From Actinomycetota bacterium (GTDB lineage: Bacteria; Actinomycetota; Acidimicrobiia; Acidimicrobiales; MedAcidi-G1): a DNA stretch of 64,000 nt. The stretch covers positions 13,069 through 77,068 of the forward strand of contig JACNLA010000026.1 of NCBI GenBank assembly GCA_014381745.1, given 5' to 3'. Under the pieces are notes generated by a model. It was not told where the DNA came from. It searched no databases and saw only the letters and a list, made by a program, of their open reading frames with translations. The position numbers were made by a program, and so were the translations under genes. Positions 39,566 through 49,212 of the stretch are shown piece after piece; positions within the stretch are counted from its first letter, which is position 1, and the number at the start of each line of letters is the position of its first letter.

Positions 39566-40975
39566 ATGTCGTCAACGCCTCCGCGCCACCTCACTCCCGA
39601 GGAGTTTCGCTCCGCCGGGCATGCCACGATCGACTGGATCGTCGACTATCTGGCAGGCATCGAGGACCGCCCCGTGTTCCCTGATGTGGAGCCGGGCCAG
39701 ATTCGGGCGTCCCTTCCAGGCACGGTTCCAGAGTCTGGTGAACCCATCGAGGACGTGTTGGCGGACGTGGACCGCCTGATCGCTCCGGGAATCACACACT
39801 GGCAGCATCCCGGCTTCTACGGCTACTTCCCGGGGAACTCGTCGGCCCCGGCGGTGCTGGGTGAGCTGATCTCTGCCGGCTTCGGCATCCAGGGGATGCT
39901 CTGGTCGACCAGCCCAGCGTGCACAGAGCTGGAGGTTCACGTCCTCGACCTGTTGGTCGACCTCTGTGGCCTTCCCGACCGGTTCAGGTCCGACGGACCA
40001 GGTGGTGGTGTGATTCAGGACTCGGCATCGTCGGCATCGCTGTGTGCAGTGCTCGCTGCACGCGACCGGGCCGGGGGTGCGGCGGTTCTTGGCGACCTGC
40101 GTGTGTACACGTCCAGCCAGGCCCATTCCTCAATTGAGAAGGATGTGTTGGTGGCCGGGTTCGGTGCCGACCAGCTTCGGGCCATTGACACGGGCGACGC
40201 CTACGCCATGGACCCCTCGGCCCTGCGTGCAGCGGTCGAGGCCGACCTTGCCGACGGCTTGGTGCCGTGTCTTGTCGTCGCAACCGTGGGTACGACATCC
40301 TCGGGGGCGTTCGATCCTCTTCCAGAGATCGCAGAGGTGGCGGCTGGCTCCGGCGCGTGGCTGCATGTGGACGCTGCGTGGGCCGGCTCCGCGGCGGTAT
40401 GCCCTGAGCATCGGTGGATCCTGGCCGGGCTTGAGCATGCAGATAGTTACGTGTTCAACCCGCACAAGTGGCTCCTGACCAACTTCGACTGCAGTGCCTT
40501 CTTTGTTGCTGACAGGGCACCTCTCCTGGAGTCGTTGTCGGTGCTTCCCGAGTACCTGCGCAACACTGCAAGCGACTCGGGTGAGGTGGTCGACTATCGG
40601 GACTGGCAGGTGCCCCTGGGTCGCCGATTCCGATCCCTGAAGCTCTGGTTCGTGCTCCGTAGCTACGGGGTCGAGGGCCTGCGAGCCCACATTCGCCACC
40701 ATGTCGAGGCAACCTCGGAACTGGCGGAGCGCATCTCTGCCAACCCCCGTCTTGAGCTGGCCGCTCCGGTGTCGCTGGCCCTCGCCTGTTTCCGCCATGT
40801 TGACGGCGATGCCGCCAGCGAGGATCTTCTGGCTGCCCTGAACGCCACCGGAGAGGTCCTGTTGACCCACACCAGGTTGTCTGACAGCTACGTCCTGCGG
40901 GTGGCGGTCGGCGGTAGCCAGACCACCTCGGAACATGTCGGGAGGCTGGCCGACCTGCTCGACGAGCTGGCCTGA
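39566..40975 (+). CDS. Group II PLP-dependent decarboxylase, aromatic-L-amino-acid decarboxylase-like
   Basis: 469 aa with HWQHPGFYGYFPGNSSAPAVLGELISAGF...WSTSPACTELEVHVLD and NPHKWLLTNFDCSAFFV (PLP lysine). These are the blocks I recognise from DDC/TDC-type enzymes. Confidence 0.8.
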   Translation: MSSTPPRHLTPEEFRSAGHATIDWIVDYLAGIEDRPVFPDVEPGQIRASLPGTVPESGEPIEDVLADVDRLIAPGITHWQHPGFYGYFPGNSSAPAVLGELISAGFGIQGMLWSTSPACTELEVHVLDLLVDLCGLPDRFRSDGPGGGVIQDSASSASLCAVLAARDRAGGAAVLGDLRVYTSSQAHSSIEKDVLVAGFGADQLRAIDTGDAYAMDPSALRAAVEADLADGLVPCLVVATVGTTSSGAFDPLPEIAEVAAGSGAWLHVDAAWAGSAAVCPEHRWILAGLEHADSYVFNPHKWLLTNFDCSAFFVADRAPLLESLSVLPEYLRNTASDSGEVVDYRDWQVPLGRRFRSLKLWFVLRSYGVEGLRAHIRHHVEATSELAERISANPRLELAAPVSLALACFRHVDGDAASEDLLAALNATGEVLLTHTRLSDSYVLRVAVGGSQTTSEHVGRLADLLDELA

Positions 40976-41082
40976 AACCGTCTTCACACAACTACCGAAG
41001 ATGCTGTGGAAGCGCCTCTGACGTGGGCCGTGGCCCGCTAAGGTTTCCTCTTTCCACCTGGCGGACGAAGGGCCGGTGACGC

Positions 41083-42246
41083 GTGGCTGAGATCGAGATC
41101 GGCATGGGCAAGAGCGGCCGTCGGGCATACGGCTTTGACGACATCGCAATCGTGCCCAGCCGTCGTACCCGTGATCCCGAAGATGTCGATATCAGCTGGC
41201 AGATCGACGCCTACCGCTTCGACCTGCCGTTGATGGCATCCGCAATGGATGGTGTGGTCAGCCCCGCTACGGCCATCGAGGTGGGTCGGCTCGGCGGTGT
41301 GGCCGTTCTCAACCTGGAAGGCCTGTGGACCCGTTACGAGGACGCCGACGCGGTTCTAGAAGAGATCGCATCGCTGCCAGCCGACAAGGCAACCCAGCGG
41401 ATGCAGGAGCTCTATCAGGCGCCCGTAAAGCCAGAGCTGATCACCGCCCGAATCAAAGAGATAACGGATGCCGGCGTTGTGTCATGCGCGTCGGTCACAC
41501 CTCAGAGAACCGAGGCCTACCTGGAGCACATCCTTGCCGGTGAGCTCGACATTCTGGTTATTCAGGGAACCGTCGTCTCCGCCGAACACGTGTCCTCGAC
41601 CGTTGAGCCACTGAACCTGAAGACCTTCATCAGAAAGCTCGACATTCCGGTGATCGTGGGCGGCTGTGCCACATACAAGGCCGGCCTGCACCTGATGCGC
41701 ACGGGCGCCGCCGGCATCCTGGTTGGCGTGGGTCCCGGCCATGCGTGCACCACCCGTGGCGTGCTGGGCCTGGGCGTTCCGCAGGCCACCGCCATAGCCG
41801 ATGTACGGGCGGCACGAATGCGCCACCTCGATGAGACCGGCGTCTATTGCCACGTGATCGCTGACGGGGGCATGGCGACGGGCGGCGATGTCTCCAAGGC
41901 AATCGTCTGTGGTGCCGACGCCGTCATGGTCGGTTCACCGTTGGCAGCCGCAGCCGAGGCACCGGGGCGTGGCTACCACTGGGGAATGGCCACGTTCCAC
42001 CCCACCCTGCCGAGGGGCGCCCGGGTGAAGACTGAAACCCGGGGCACGCTCAGCGAGATCCTGCTGGGCCCTGCCCGGGAGAACGACGGCCGCCTCAACC
42101 TGTTCGGTGGGCTGCGCACCTCGATGGCGACCTGCGGCTATCTCGACATCAAGGAGTTCCAGAAGGCCGAGGTAATGGTCGCACCTGCTCTTCAGACCGA
42201 GGGAAAGTCGCTCCAGAAGTCCCAGGGCGTGGGGATGGGACACTGA
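41083..42246 (+). CDS. guaB3: GuaB3-family IMP dehydrogenase-related protein
   Basis: GTG 41083. [33 protein letters not shown]... It has a TIM-barrel IMPDH-like core without CBS domains and is 387 aa. It lies upstream of guaA. Confidence 0.85.
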   Translation: MAEIEIGMGKSGRRAYGFDDIAIVPSRRTRDPEDVDISWQIDAYRFDLPLMASAMDGVVSPATAIEVGRLGGVAVLNLEGLWTRYEDADAVLEEIASLPADKATQRMQELYQAPVKPELITARIKEITDAGVVSCASVTPQRTEAYLEHILAGELDILVIQGTVVSAEHVSSTVEPLNLKTFIRKLDIPVIVGGCATYKAGLHLMRTGAAGILVGVGPGHACTTRGVLGLGVPQATAIADVRAARMRHLDETGVYCHVIADGGMATGGDVSKAIVCGADAVMVGSPLAAAAEAPGRGYHWGMATFHPTLPRGARVKTETRGTLSEILLGPARENDGRLNLFGGLRTSMATCGYLDIKEFQKAEVMVAPALQTEGKSLQKSQGVGMGH

Positions 42247-42271
42247 CCCCCGTAGCCATGGGTATCGGTCA

Positions 42272-43843
42272 ATGACAGGGGTCTCTGATCCCATTGGCGG
42301 TGCGGCTGGTGCCACCGCTCGGATCCTCGTCGTCGACTTCGGGGCCCAGTACGCGCAGCTGATAGCGCGGCGGGTCCGCGAGGCAAATGTGTTCAGCCAG
42401 ATCGTCCCCCACGACATCACCGCTGCCGAGATGGCAGCCCAGCGACCCGACGGGATCATCTTCTCGGGCGGTCCGGCCTCGGTTCACGTTGAGGGCGCCC
42501 CACGGATCGACCCGGGTGTCTACGACCTTGGTGTGCCGATTCTGGGCATCTGCTACGGGGCACAACTGATCGCCCACCAGCAGGGTGGCACCGTTGGCCG
42601 AAACGAACGCGGTGAGTACGGCCGGACAGAGCTCATGGTTGAAAGCCCCGGGGCGATTCTTGTCGACGCCGGCGAGGGCGTGCACGAGGTCTGGATGAGC
42701 CACTTCGACGCCATCACGGCCGCTCCTGGCGGTGCAGTGGTTACGGCGTCATCTGCCGATGCGCCGGTTGCCGCGTTCGAGGCCCCTGAGAGGGGCCTCT
42801 TCGGCGTGCAGTTTCATCCGGAGGTTCACCACACACCGTGCGGTCAGGCTCTTCTGGCACGGTTCGTCCACGATGTGTGCGGTTGTCCCGGCGACTGGAA
42901 CATGGAGTCGATCATCGAGGCCTCGGTGGCGGCGATACGTGAACAGGTCGGCACCGGAAGGGCCATCTGTGGCCTATCGGGCGGCGTCGACTCCGCGGTG
43001 GCGGCCGCTCTTGTCCACGAGGCGATCGGCCACCAGTTGACCTGTGTGTTCGTTGACACCGGCCTGATGCGTGCGGGTGAGGGTGAGCAGGTCGTTGAGA
43101 CCTTCCAGCAGACGCAGGGAATCGAGCTGATCCACATCCGTGCCGCCGACCGGTTTTTTGAGGGCCTTGCCGGGGTCACGGAACCTGAGGCGAAGCGCAA
43201 GGTCATAGGAGAACTCTTCATCCGTATCTTCGAGGGAGCGGCCGGTGGCATCGAGGACGCACGTTTCCTAGTGCAGGGAACGCTCTACCCCGATGTGATC
43301 GAGTCCGGTACCGGGCATGCCGCCAAGATCAAGAGCCATCACAACGTCGGAGGCCTGCCCGAAGACATGGACTTCGAGTTGATCGAGCCGCTCAGGAACC
43401 TCTTCAAGGATGAGGTTCGAGCAGTGGGGAGCCAACTGGGTCTACCCGATGAGATCGTCATGCGTCAGCCGTTTCCCGGGCCAGGCCTTGGAGTCAGAAT
43501 CATCGGCGAGGTGACACCCGAGACCGTGGCGGTTCTCCAGGCGGCCGACCTGATCGTTCGTCAGGAACTTCGCAGCGCCGGGCTGGAACGCGAGATCTGG
43601 CAGGCCTTTGCTGTGCTTCCAGACATCAGGTCGGTGGGCGTGATGGGCGATGAGCGGACGTATGCGAGGCCGGTGATCATCAGGGCCGTCACGAGCGAGG
43701 ACGCCATGACCGCCGACTGGGCGCGCCTTCCCTACGACCTGTTGGAGACAATGTCTTGCCGCATCATCAACGAGGTGGACGGCGTCAACAGGGTGGCCTA
43801 CGACATCACCTCGAAGCCACCGGGGACCATCGAGTGGGAGTAG
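42272..43843 (+). CDS. guaA: GMP synthase (glutamine-hydrolysing)
   Basis: GATase-1 domain ([16 protein letters not shown]) plus an ATP-PPase domain (SGGVDSAV) and the C-terminal KPPGTIEWE. 523 aa. Confidence 0.96.
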   Translation: MTGVSDPIGGAAGATARILVVDFGAQYAQLIARRVREANVFSQIVPHDITAAEMAAQRPDGIIFSGGPASVHVEGAPRIDPGVYDLGVPILGICYGAQLIAHQQGGTVGRNERGEYGRTELMVESPGAILVDAGEGVHEVWMSHFDAITAAPGGAVVTASSADAPVAAFEAPERGLFGVQFHPEVHHTPCGQALLARFVHDVCGCPGDWNMESIIEASVAAIREQVGTGRAICGLSGGVDSAVAAALVHEAIGHQLTCVFVDTGLMRAGEGEQVVETFQQTQGIELIHIRAADRFFEGLAGVTEPEAKRKVIGELFIRIFEGAAGGIEDARFLVQGTLYPDVIESGTGHAAKIKSHHNVGGLPEDMDFELIEPLRNLFKDEVRAVGSQLGLPDEIVMRQPFPGPGLGVRIIGEVTPETVAVLQAADLIVRQELRSAGLEREIWQAFAVLPDIRSVGVMGDERTYARPVIIRAVTSEDAMTADWARLPYDLLETMSCRIINEVDGVNRVAYDITSKPPGTIEWE

Positions 43844-44436
43844 GTGCCGATACCGGAGGAGCGTCACCGGCAGCGCTCGACACCCTGGCTGCCTATACGA
43901 CGGCGTGTGCCTTCTTCGGAGAGCAACTCTCAGCGGTTGGTGAAGAGGACTGGGGTGCCACCACACCGTGCGATGGTTGGGACGTCCGCTCTCTGGTTGC
44001 ACATGTGGTGCTCGGCGAGGCGATGGTCGTGGAGTTGTTCAGCGGCGGCGCGGTTGCGGAGGCCCCCGAGGTTGACACCTCGGTTCTCGGCCCAAATCCG
44101 ATGGCAACCTGGCGGGGTACCGCCGTGGCCGCGCTTGAGGCCGCGTCGGTCGGCAGTGTTCTCGACAGCGTTCACGCCCACCCGTCAGGTGACTTTCCTG
44201 GAACGGTCATCCTGGGTTTCCGGGTCACAGAGAACCTTGTCCACGGCTGGGACATAGCGACGGCATGTGGCCGGCAAATCGACCTGCCCGACTCGCTTGC
44301 TGAGAGATGTCTAGATTTCTGGCGACCGGTGGCTGGAACGGGTGCCATGGCCGGTCATTTCGCTGATCCCGTCATGCCTCCCGAGGGTGCTTCGGCCGGA
44401 GCGCGCCTCCTTGCGCTGCTTGGCCGGCCAGCCTGA
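43834..44436 (+). CDS. DinB/MDMPI_N-like metal-binding protein (TIGR03086-like)
   Basis: GTG 43834 is in frame inside ORF 43756..44436 and overlaps the guaA end by 10 nt. [17 protein letters not shown] and [14 protein letters not shown] are the blocks I associate with the mycothiol-maleylpyruvate-isomerase N-terminal / TIGR03086 family. About 200 aa. The start is uncertain. Confidence 0.65.
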   Translation: MGVGADTGGASPAALDTLAAYTTACAFFGEQLSAVGEEDWGATTPCDGWDVRSLVAHVVLGEAMVVELFSGGAVAEAPEVDTSVLGPNPMATWRGTAVAALEAASVGSVLDSVHAHPSGDFPGTVILGFRVTENLVHGWDIATACGRQIDLPDSLAERCLDFWRPVAGTGAMAGHFADPVMPPEGASAGARLLALLGRPA

Positions 44437-45369
44437 TCAGACGCCTGCCAGGGCCTCGACCACGGGCCCGAACTCGACCATTGAGTCCTCGTTGATGCCT
44501 ATGTAGGTGAGTCCCCAGCGCTCGCGCCATGACAGCAGCGTTTCTACGCACTGGCCCTCGGATCCGATGAGGACGTGGGGTGATGCCAGGGCGTCCTCGG
44601 CGGAGATTCCGAGCGCCGGTGCCATCAGGTCAGCTATTCCCTCCGGGTCGTCGGTGATCGACGACATGTGGACACGGGTCTGGAGTTCGATGTCGCCGAA
44701 CCGGTCTCCTGCGGCTTCCCTGATCCACTCCAGCTTCTGGTCGGTTGCAGCCGTGGTTGCCGAGGGGCCGGCACGGTGGTCGATGACGCCGGCAGCCATG
44801 TTGGCGTTCACACCCACGATGTCGCCTTCTTGCGCTGCGAGGGTGAGCATCCGTCGGCCTCCGCCAGCCATCAGGATCGGGGGGTGTGGTCGCTGGATGC
44901 ACGCAGGTTGGCCGTCGAGACCCCGGATGGTGTAGTGCTCTCCATCGAAGTCGAAGGGCCCGTCGGCGAAGCAGCCCTTCAGGACGGTGATGGCTTCGGC
45001 AAGCCTCTCGATCCGGATTCCTGCCCGATCCAGCGGGATTCCCGACTGTTCGTAGTCGGTGGTCTTCCAGCCGGCTCCGATCCCCAACTCCAGGCGGCCG
45101 TCGGAGAGCAGGTCCAGGGTGGCGGCCTGCTTGGCGAGGAAGGCCGGGTGTCTGAAGTCGTTTGCAAGGACGAGGGTTGTCAGGCGCAGGTTCCGGGTGG
45201 CCTCGGCTGTGACCGCCAGGGCGATGAGTGGGGCCATCTCGGTGTCCAGGTGGTCTGACACCGAAAGGGCGGAGTACCCGAGGTCCTCGGCCCGCCGGCC
45301 CAGCTCGCGCCATTCTGCTGCCGGTCGTGGGGCCGAGGCCTGGATGCTGAATCGGAAGGGTCTGGTCAT
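44437..45369 (-). CDS. LLM-class (luciferase-like) flavin/F420-dependent oxidoreductase
   Basis: Minus-strand ATG at 45369 (MTRPFRFSIQA...) inside ORF 44437..45567. Blocks are GYSALSVSDHL, LVLANDFRHPAFLAKQAATLDLLSDGRLELGIGAG and HPPILMAGGG. 310 aa. Its stop abuts the stop of the convergent upstream gene. Confidence 0.8.
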   Translation of the reverse strand: MTRPFRFSIQASAPRPAAEWRELGRRAEDLGYSALSVSDHLDTEMAPLIALAVTAEATRNLRLTTLVLANDFRHPAFLAKQAATLDLLSDGRLELGIGAGWKTTDYEQSGIPLDRAGIRIERLAEAITVLKGCFADGPFDFDGEHYTIRGLDGQPACIQRPHPPILMAGGGRRMLTLAAQEGDIVGVNANMAAGVIDHRAGPSATTAATDQKLEWIREAAGDRFGDIELQTRVHMSSITDDPEGIADLMAPALGISAEDALASPHVLIGSEGQCVETLLSWRERWGLTYIGINEDSMVEFGPVVEALAGV

Positions 45370-45439
45370 GGCGGGCACACTACTCAACGGGTGCTTCCAG
45401 CCCGGGAGCCGGTCACAGGTCAACGGTAGGGTGACGTCG

Positions 45440-47737
45440 ATGGTCCTCTTTGATGCAGATGCCCCCGAGGCGGGCCTCAACCCGGCACAGCTGGACGCCG
45501 TCACGCACCCCATGGGCCCTCTGCTCGTGGTTGCCGGGGCGGGGTCGGGCAAGACCCGGGTCCTCACGAGGCGTGTGGCCTACCTGATCTCTGAGAAGGG
45601 CATCTCACCCTTCGGGATCCTCGCCATCACCTTCACCAACAAGGCGGCTGCCGAGATGAAGGAGCGTGTCGCAGCCCTCGTCGGCCCGGTCGCACACAGG
45701 ATGTGGGTCTCCACCTTTCACTCGGCATGTGTCCGGATCCTTCGCGGCGATGCCGACCGGATCGGTTTTCCATCGCGCTTCAGCATCTACGACCAGAGCG
45801 ATGCGGTTCGCCTCACCGGGTACGTGATCCGTGATCTGAACCTTGATGTAAAGCGGTTCCCCGCAAGGGCCATCCATGCTTCCATCTCAGCCTCAAAAAA
45901 TGAGGGTGTCGGTTCGTCCGCCTACATGGAAAAGGCGACCGGTCCGTTCGAGAAGAGGATCGCCGAGGTGTTCGTCGAGTACCAGAAGCGGCTACAACGT
46001 GCCGGCGCCATGGACTTTGACGACCTGCTCGGCAACACCGTCCACCTGTTGCGTTCCAACCCCGACGTCCTCGAGCGGCACCGGAGTCGTTTCGAGCATG
46101 TTCTGGTCGATGAATACCAGGACACAAACCAGGTCCAGAACGATCTGGTAATGATGCTGGCGCAAGAGCACCGGAACCTGTGTGTGGTCGGCGACAGCGA
46201 CCAGTCCATCTACCGGTTCCGTGGTGCCGACATCCGCAACATCCTGGATTTCGAGACCGCTTTTCCCGACGCCACCGTGGTCATCCTGGACCAGAACTAC
46301 AGGTCCACCCAGACCATTCTGGATGCCGCCAACGCCGTCATCACGAAGAATGCCGGACGTAAACCCAAGGAACTCTGGACCGATTCCGGGCCCGGCGAGT
46401 CGATCCTGCGCTACAAGGCCGGTGACGAGGTGGACGAGGCCCGGTGGGTGGTGCAGCGCATCAGGGCCCTCCGGTCCAGCGGGGACTACACGTGGTCGGA
46501 TCTGGCGGTCTTCTACCGTACAAACGCCCAGAGCCGTGCTGTTGAAGAGCAGCTAGTCCGCAGCGGGGTTCCGTACAAGGTTGTTGGCGGTACCCGCTTC
46601 TATGACAGGCGCGAGGTGCGAGATGCCATGTCGTATCTCAAGCTGGCCGCCAACCCCGCCGACGAGGTGGCTGCCAAGCGCGTGTTGAACGTTCCAAAGA
46701 GGGGTGTGGGCGACACCTCGGTCCGTCGGGTGGATGCTCTCGCTGAATCCACCGGGTGCGGGTTCATGGAGGCGCTCGGCAGGTGCTCCGAGGCCGGCGT
46801 CTCGGGCCGTGCGGTTGCGGGAATCCGCTCGTTCCTGGATCTGCACGGGAGCCTCGTCGGTCTCATCGGCGACGGGCCGGCGGCTGTCCTCGAGGCGGCA
46901 TTGGCCGGGTCCGGCTACCTGGATGAGTTGCAGGCCGAGCATTCGGTCGAGGCCGACGGAAGGCTCGAGAACCTTGCTGAACTGGTGGGTGTGGCCCGCG
47001 AGTTCGACGATGTAGCCGAGTTTCTTGAACAGGTCGGCCTGGTGGCCGACACCGACGACATTCCTGACGCTGAGGATGGCCTCGACGACGGTCAGGTCGT
47101 CCTGATGACCATGCATGCCGCCAAGGGCCTCGAGTATCCGGTCGTGTTCATTATCGGCATGGAGGACGGCGTGTTCCCGCACATGAGGTCCCTGGGGGAT
47201 CCCGACGAACTGGAGGAGGAACGTCGTCTCGCCTACGTGGGCATTACTAGGGCCCGTCAGAGGCTGCACCTCAGCCACGCCTGGTCCCGGATGCTCCACG
47301 GCCAGACCCAGTACAACCCGCCGAGCCGGTTTCTCGAGGAAATTCCCGACGACCTCATTACCGAGGTCGCCAGCGCAGGCTCCGGTGGCTCATCGCCGGG
47401 TTGGGGCTCTGGCCGCAAACGGGGTGGTTCGGGCGATCGCACCTGGTTCGGCCCTACCCGGGCACCAGACGATGATGGGGACGCGGGGAATGGCGACGGT
47501 GAGCCTGGAGGCATGATCTTTGGCCGGGGCACCGGCCGAAAGCCTGCCGACTCCTCTTCGACGGGTGCCCACGAGCTGGGGCTCGGGGTCGGTGACGATG
47601 TCGTCCATTCAGCGTGGGGTGAGGGCGTCGTATTGTCGGTCAGGGGAGAAGGCGATCGCTCCGAGGCGGTGGTGTCGTTTTCCAAGGTCGGCGAGAAGCG
47701 CCTGCTGCTGGCCTGGGCGCCTCTGGTGCGCCCCTGA
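45440..47737 (+). CDS. pcrA: ATP-dependent DNA helicase PcrA/UvrD (superfamily 1A)
   Basis: ATG 45440 lies inside ORF 45059..47737. LNPAQLDAVTHPMGPLLVVAGAGSGKTRVLT, VDEYQDTN, the helicase motifs TMHAAKGLEYPVVF and VGITRAR, and a C-terminal Gly/Asp-rich linker plus the VVHSAWGEGVVLSV Tudor-like end. 765 aa. Confidence 0.9.
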   Translation: MVLFDADAPEAGLNPAQLDAVTHPMGPLLVVAGAGSGKTRVLTRRVAYLISEKGISPFGILAITFTNKAAAEMKERVAALVGPVAHRMWVSTFHSACVRILRGDADRIGFPSRFSIYDQSDAVRLTGYVIRDLNLDVKRFPARAIHASISASKNEGVGSSAYMEKATGPFEKRIAEVFVEYQKRLQRAGAMDFDDLLGNTVHLLRSNPDVLERHRSRFEHVLVDEYQDTNQVQNDLVMMLAQEHRNLCVVGDSDQSIYRFRGADIRNILDFETAFPDATVVILDQNYRSTQTILDAANAVITKNAGRKPKELWTDSGPGESILRYKAGDEVDEARWVVQRIRALRSSGDYTWSDLAVFYRTNAQSRAVEEQLVRSGVPYKVVGGTRFYDRREVRDAMSYLKLAANPADEVAAKRVLNVPKRGVGDTSVRRVDALAESTGCGFMEALGRCSEAGVSGRAVAGIRSFLDLHGSLVGLIGDGPAAVLEAALAGSGYLDELQAEHSVEADGRLENLAELVGVAREFDDVAEFLEQVGLVADTDDIPDAEDGLDDGQVVLMTMHAAKGLEYPVVFIIGMEDGVFPHMRSLGDPDELEEERRLAYVGITRARQRLHLSHAWSRMLHGQTQYNPPSRFLEEIPDDLITEVASAGSGGSSPGWGSGRKRGGSGDRTWFGPTRAPDDDGDAGNGDGEPGGMIFGRGTGRKPADSSSTGAHELGLGVGDDVVHSAWGEGVVLSVRGEGDRSEAVVSFSKVGEKRLLLAWAPLVRP

Positions 47738-47801
47738 CGGTCAGGCTTCCCCAGGTAGCTCCAGTACGCTTGCCGATCGCATCCCACCTCAGGGTGGGAA
47801 T

Positions 47802-47874
47802 GCCCGTGTAGCTCAGTCGGAAGAGCGGCTCACTCGTAATGAGCAGGTCCGGGGTTCGATTCCCCGCGCGGGCT
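47802..47874 (+). tRNA. tRNA-Thr (anticodon CGT)
   Basis: Cloverleaf folded by hand. The acceptor is GCCCGTG/CGCGGGC (one G-U pair). D-arm TAGCTCAGTCGGAAGAGC. Anticodon stem GCTCA/TGAGC with loop CTCGTAA. T-arm CGGGG-TTCGATT-CCCCG. Discriminator T. No encoded CCA. A 7-bp hairpin (47782-47799) lies immediately 5'. Confidence 0.9.
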
Positions 47875-47960
47875 CGTTACAGATGCCTGGCCCAGACGAA
47901 ATGTGTCTGATCCGGTGATACGTGTTCGTCCGACCGGTTCCAACTCCTAGGATGCCCACC

Positions 47961-48095
47961 ATGAATGTTCTAGCTGGCGTCATCTGGCACTACTGGTTGG
48001 CCGTGCCCCTGGTGGGTGGTGGCGTCCTGCTCTGCATCGGCACCCTGGTTGGGTATCTCCAGAAGGTGTCCGCCACCCGCTATCCAAAGCGCTGA
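47961..48095 (+). CDS. Hypothetical 44-aa single-pass membrane protein
   Basis: Not in the ORF track because it is under 60 aa. AGGA (47948-47951) precedes ATG 47961. MNVLAGVIWHYWLAVPLVGGGVLLCIGTLVGYLQKVSATRYPKR has a hydrophobic core and a basic C-terminus. The stop at 48093-48095 is 10 nt before the metalloprotease start. There is no homology evidence. Confidence 0.4.
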   Translation: MNVLAGVIWHYWLAVPLVGGGVLLCIGTLVGYLQKVSATRYPKR

Positions 48096-48105
48096 AGGCT
48101 TGACC

Positions 48106-49212
48106 GTGACGGCCGGCGTGCCGTCTACGGACACCGTCGACACCGCCCCTCCGGTCATTGACTGGGAGGTGGCCGAGCAGGTTGCGGTCCGGATCGCGAA
48201 CCGGGCGCCCTTTGGTGGGGCCCGTCACCTTGATGGTCTCGTCGAGGAGTTCGACGTGCACACGGCCACTGCCGAGGGGCTGGTCGCCGAGACCACAGGG
48301 CTTCGTGCCCTGCACGGTGAGGCCAGAGCCCGTGTGGTCGACAGGAGCGACTGGATCAGGGCCAACCTGGCGTCCCTGCAGCGGCTCCTACGACCCCTTC
48401 TTGACAAGATGGCCGACCGATCCTCCAGCTCAATGCCCCCGCTGTCCCACAGGGTGGCCGGCGTCGAGCTGGGGGCGGTTCTGGGCTGGATGTCTACGAG
48501 GGTGCTCGGCCAGTACGACCTGTTGGTACTTGAAGATGAGGCCGCCGAGGACCAGGACCTCGTCTACTACGTGGGGCCCAACCTCGTGGCGCTTGAACGC
48601 CGCTATGCCTTTGATCCACACCACTTCAGGTTGTGGCTGGCCCTCCACGAGGTCACCCACAGGGCGCAGTTCACCGGTGTTCCATGGATGAGAGAGCACT
48701 ATCTGGGTCTCGTCAGATCGCTTCTGGAGAGCTCTGATGCCGAGCCGAGCAGCCTGCTCGACTCGATCAGGTCGCTGGCCGACCGGCGAGGCAACGGCTC
48801 CGGCGATGACGACGGGGGTGTCCTGGCGATGGTCGCCAGCCCAGAGCAGAAGGTGGCCCTCGACGGCATCACCGGCCTGATGAGCCTGCTGGAGGGCCAC
48901 GGCGACGTGACCATGGACAGGGCCGGGGAGGGGATCGTGGTCGGGGCGGATCGCTTCGGAAGGGTGCTGAGGGAGAGAAGACGGTCCGCCTCGGGCATCA
49001 CGCGGATTATCCAGAGACTGGTTGGGCTCGAGTCCAAGTTGGCGCAGTACGCCAAGGGTGAGGCGTTTATCGGAGAGGTCGAGGCGGCTGGCGGAACCAC
49101 CCTGTTGAATCGGGCATGGGAGGCTCCCGCCAACCTGCCTGATCTGGCCGAGATCAACTCTCCCGACCTCTGGATCGCCCGAATGGGTGTGGCGGACGAA
49201 CCGGAACAGTGA
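48106..49212 (+). CDS. Zinc-dependent metalloprotease, DUF2342 / F420-biosynthesis-associated hydrolase family
   Basis: I chose GTG 48106, with GAAGG 7 nt upstream; the ORF track start 48016 overlaps the small ORF. The HExxH motif is LALHEVTHRAQF. IDWEVAEQVA... is an N-terminus typical of this actinobacterial family. It lies upstream of tilS-hpt. Confidence 0.75.
   Translation: MTAGVPSTDTVDTAPPVIDWEVAEQVAVRIANRAPFGGARHLDGLVEEFDVHTATAEGLVAETTGLRALHGEARARVVDRSDWIRANLASLQRLLRPLLDKMADRSSSSMPPLSHRVAGVELGAVLGWMSTRVLGQYDLLVLEDEAAEDQDLVYYVGPNLVALERRYAFDPHHFRLWLALHEVTHRAQFTGVPWMREHYLGLVRSLLESSDAEPSSLLDSIRSLADRRGNGSGDDDGGVLAMVASPEQKVALDGITGLMSLLEGHGDVTMDRAGEGIVVGADRFGRVLRERRRSASGITRIIQRLVGLESKLAQYAKGEAFIGEVEAAGGTTLLNRAWEAPANLPDLAEINSPDLWIARMGVADEPEQ

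Noticed and set aside
43844-44257. 137-aa alternative-frame ORF starting 1 nt after the guaA stop.
   Set aside because: The overlapping frame (43834..44436) gives the recognisable DinB/TIGR03086-like blocks ([24 protein letters not shown]). The 43844 frame gives Arg/Ser/Pro-rich sequence.
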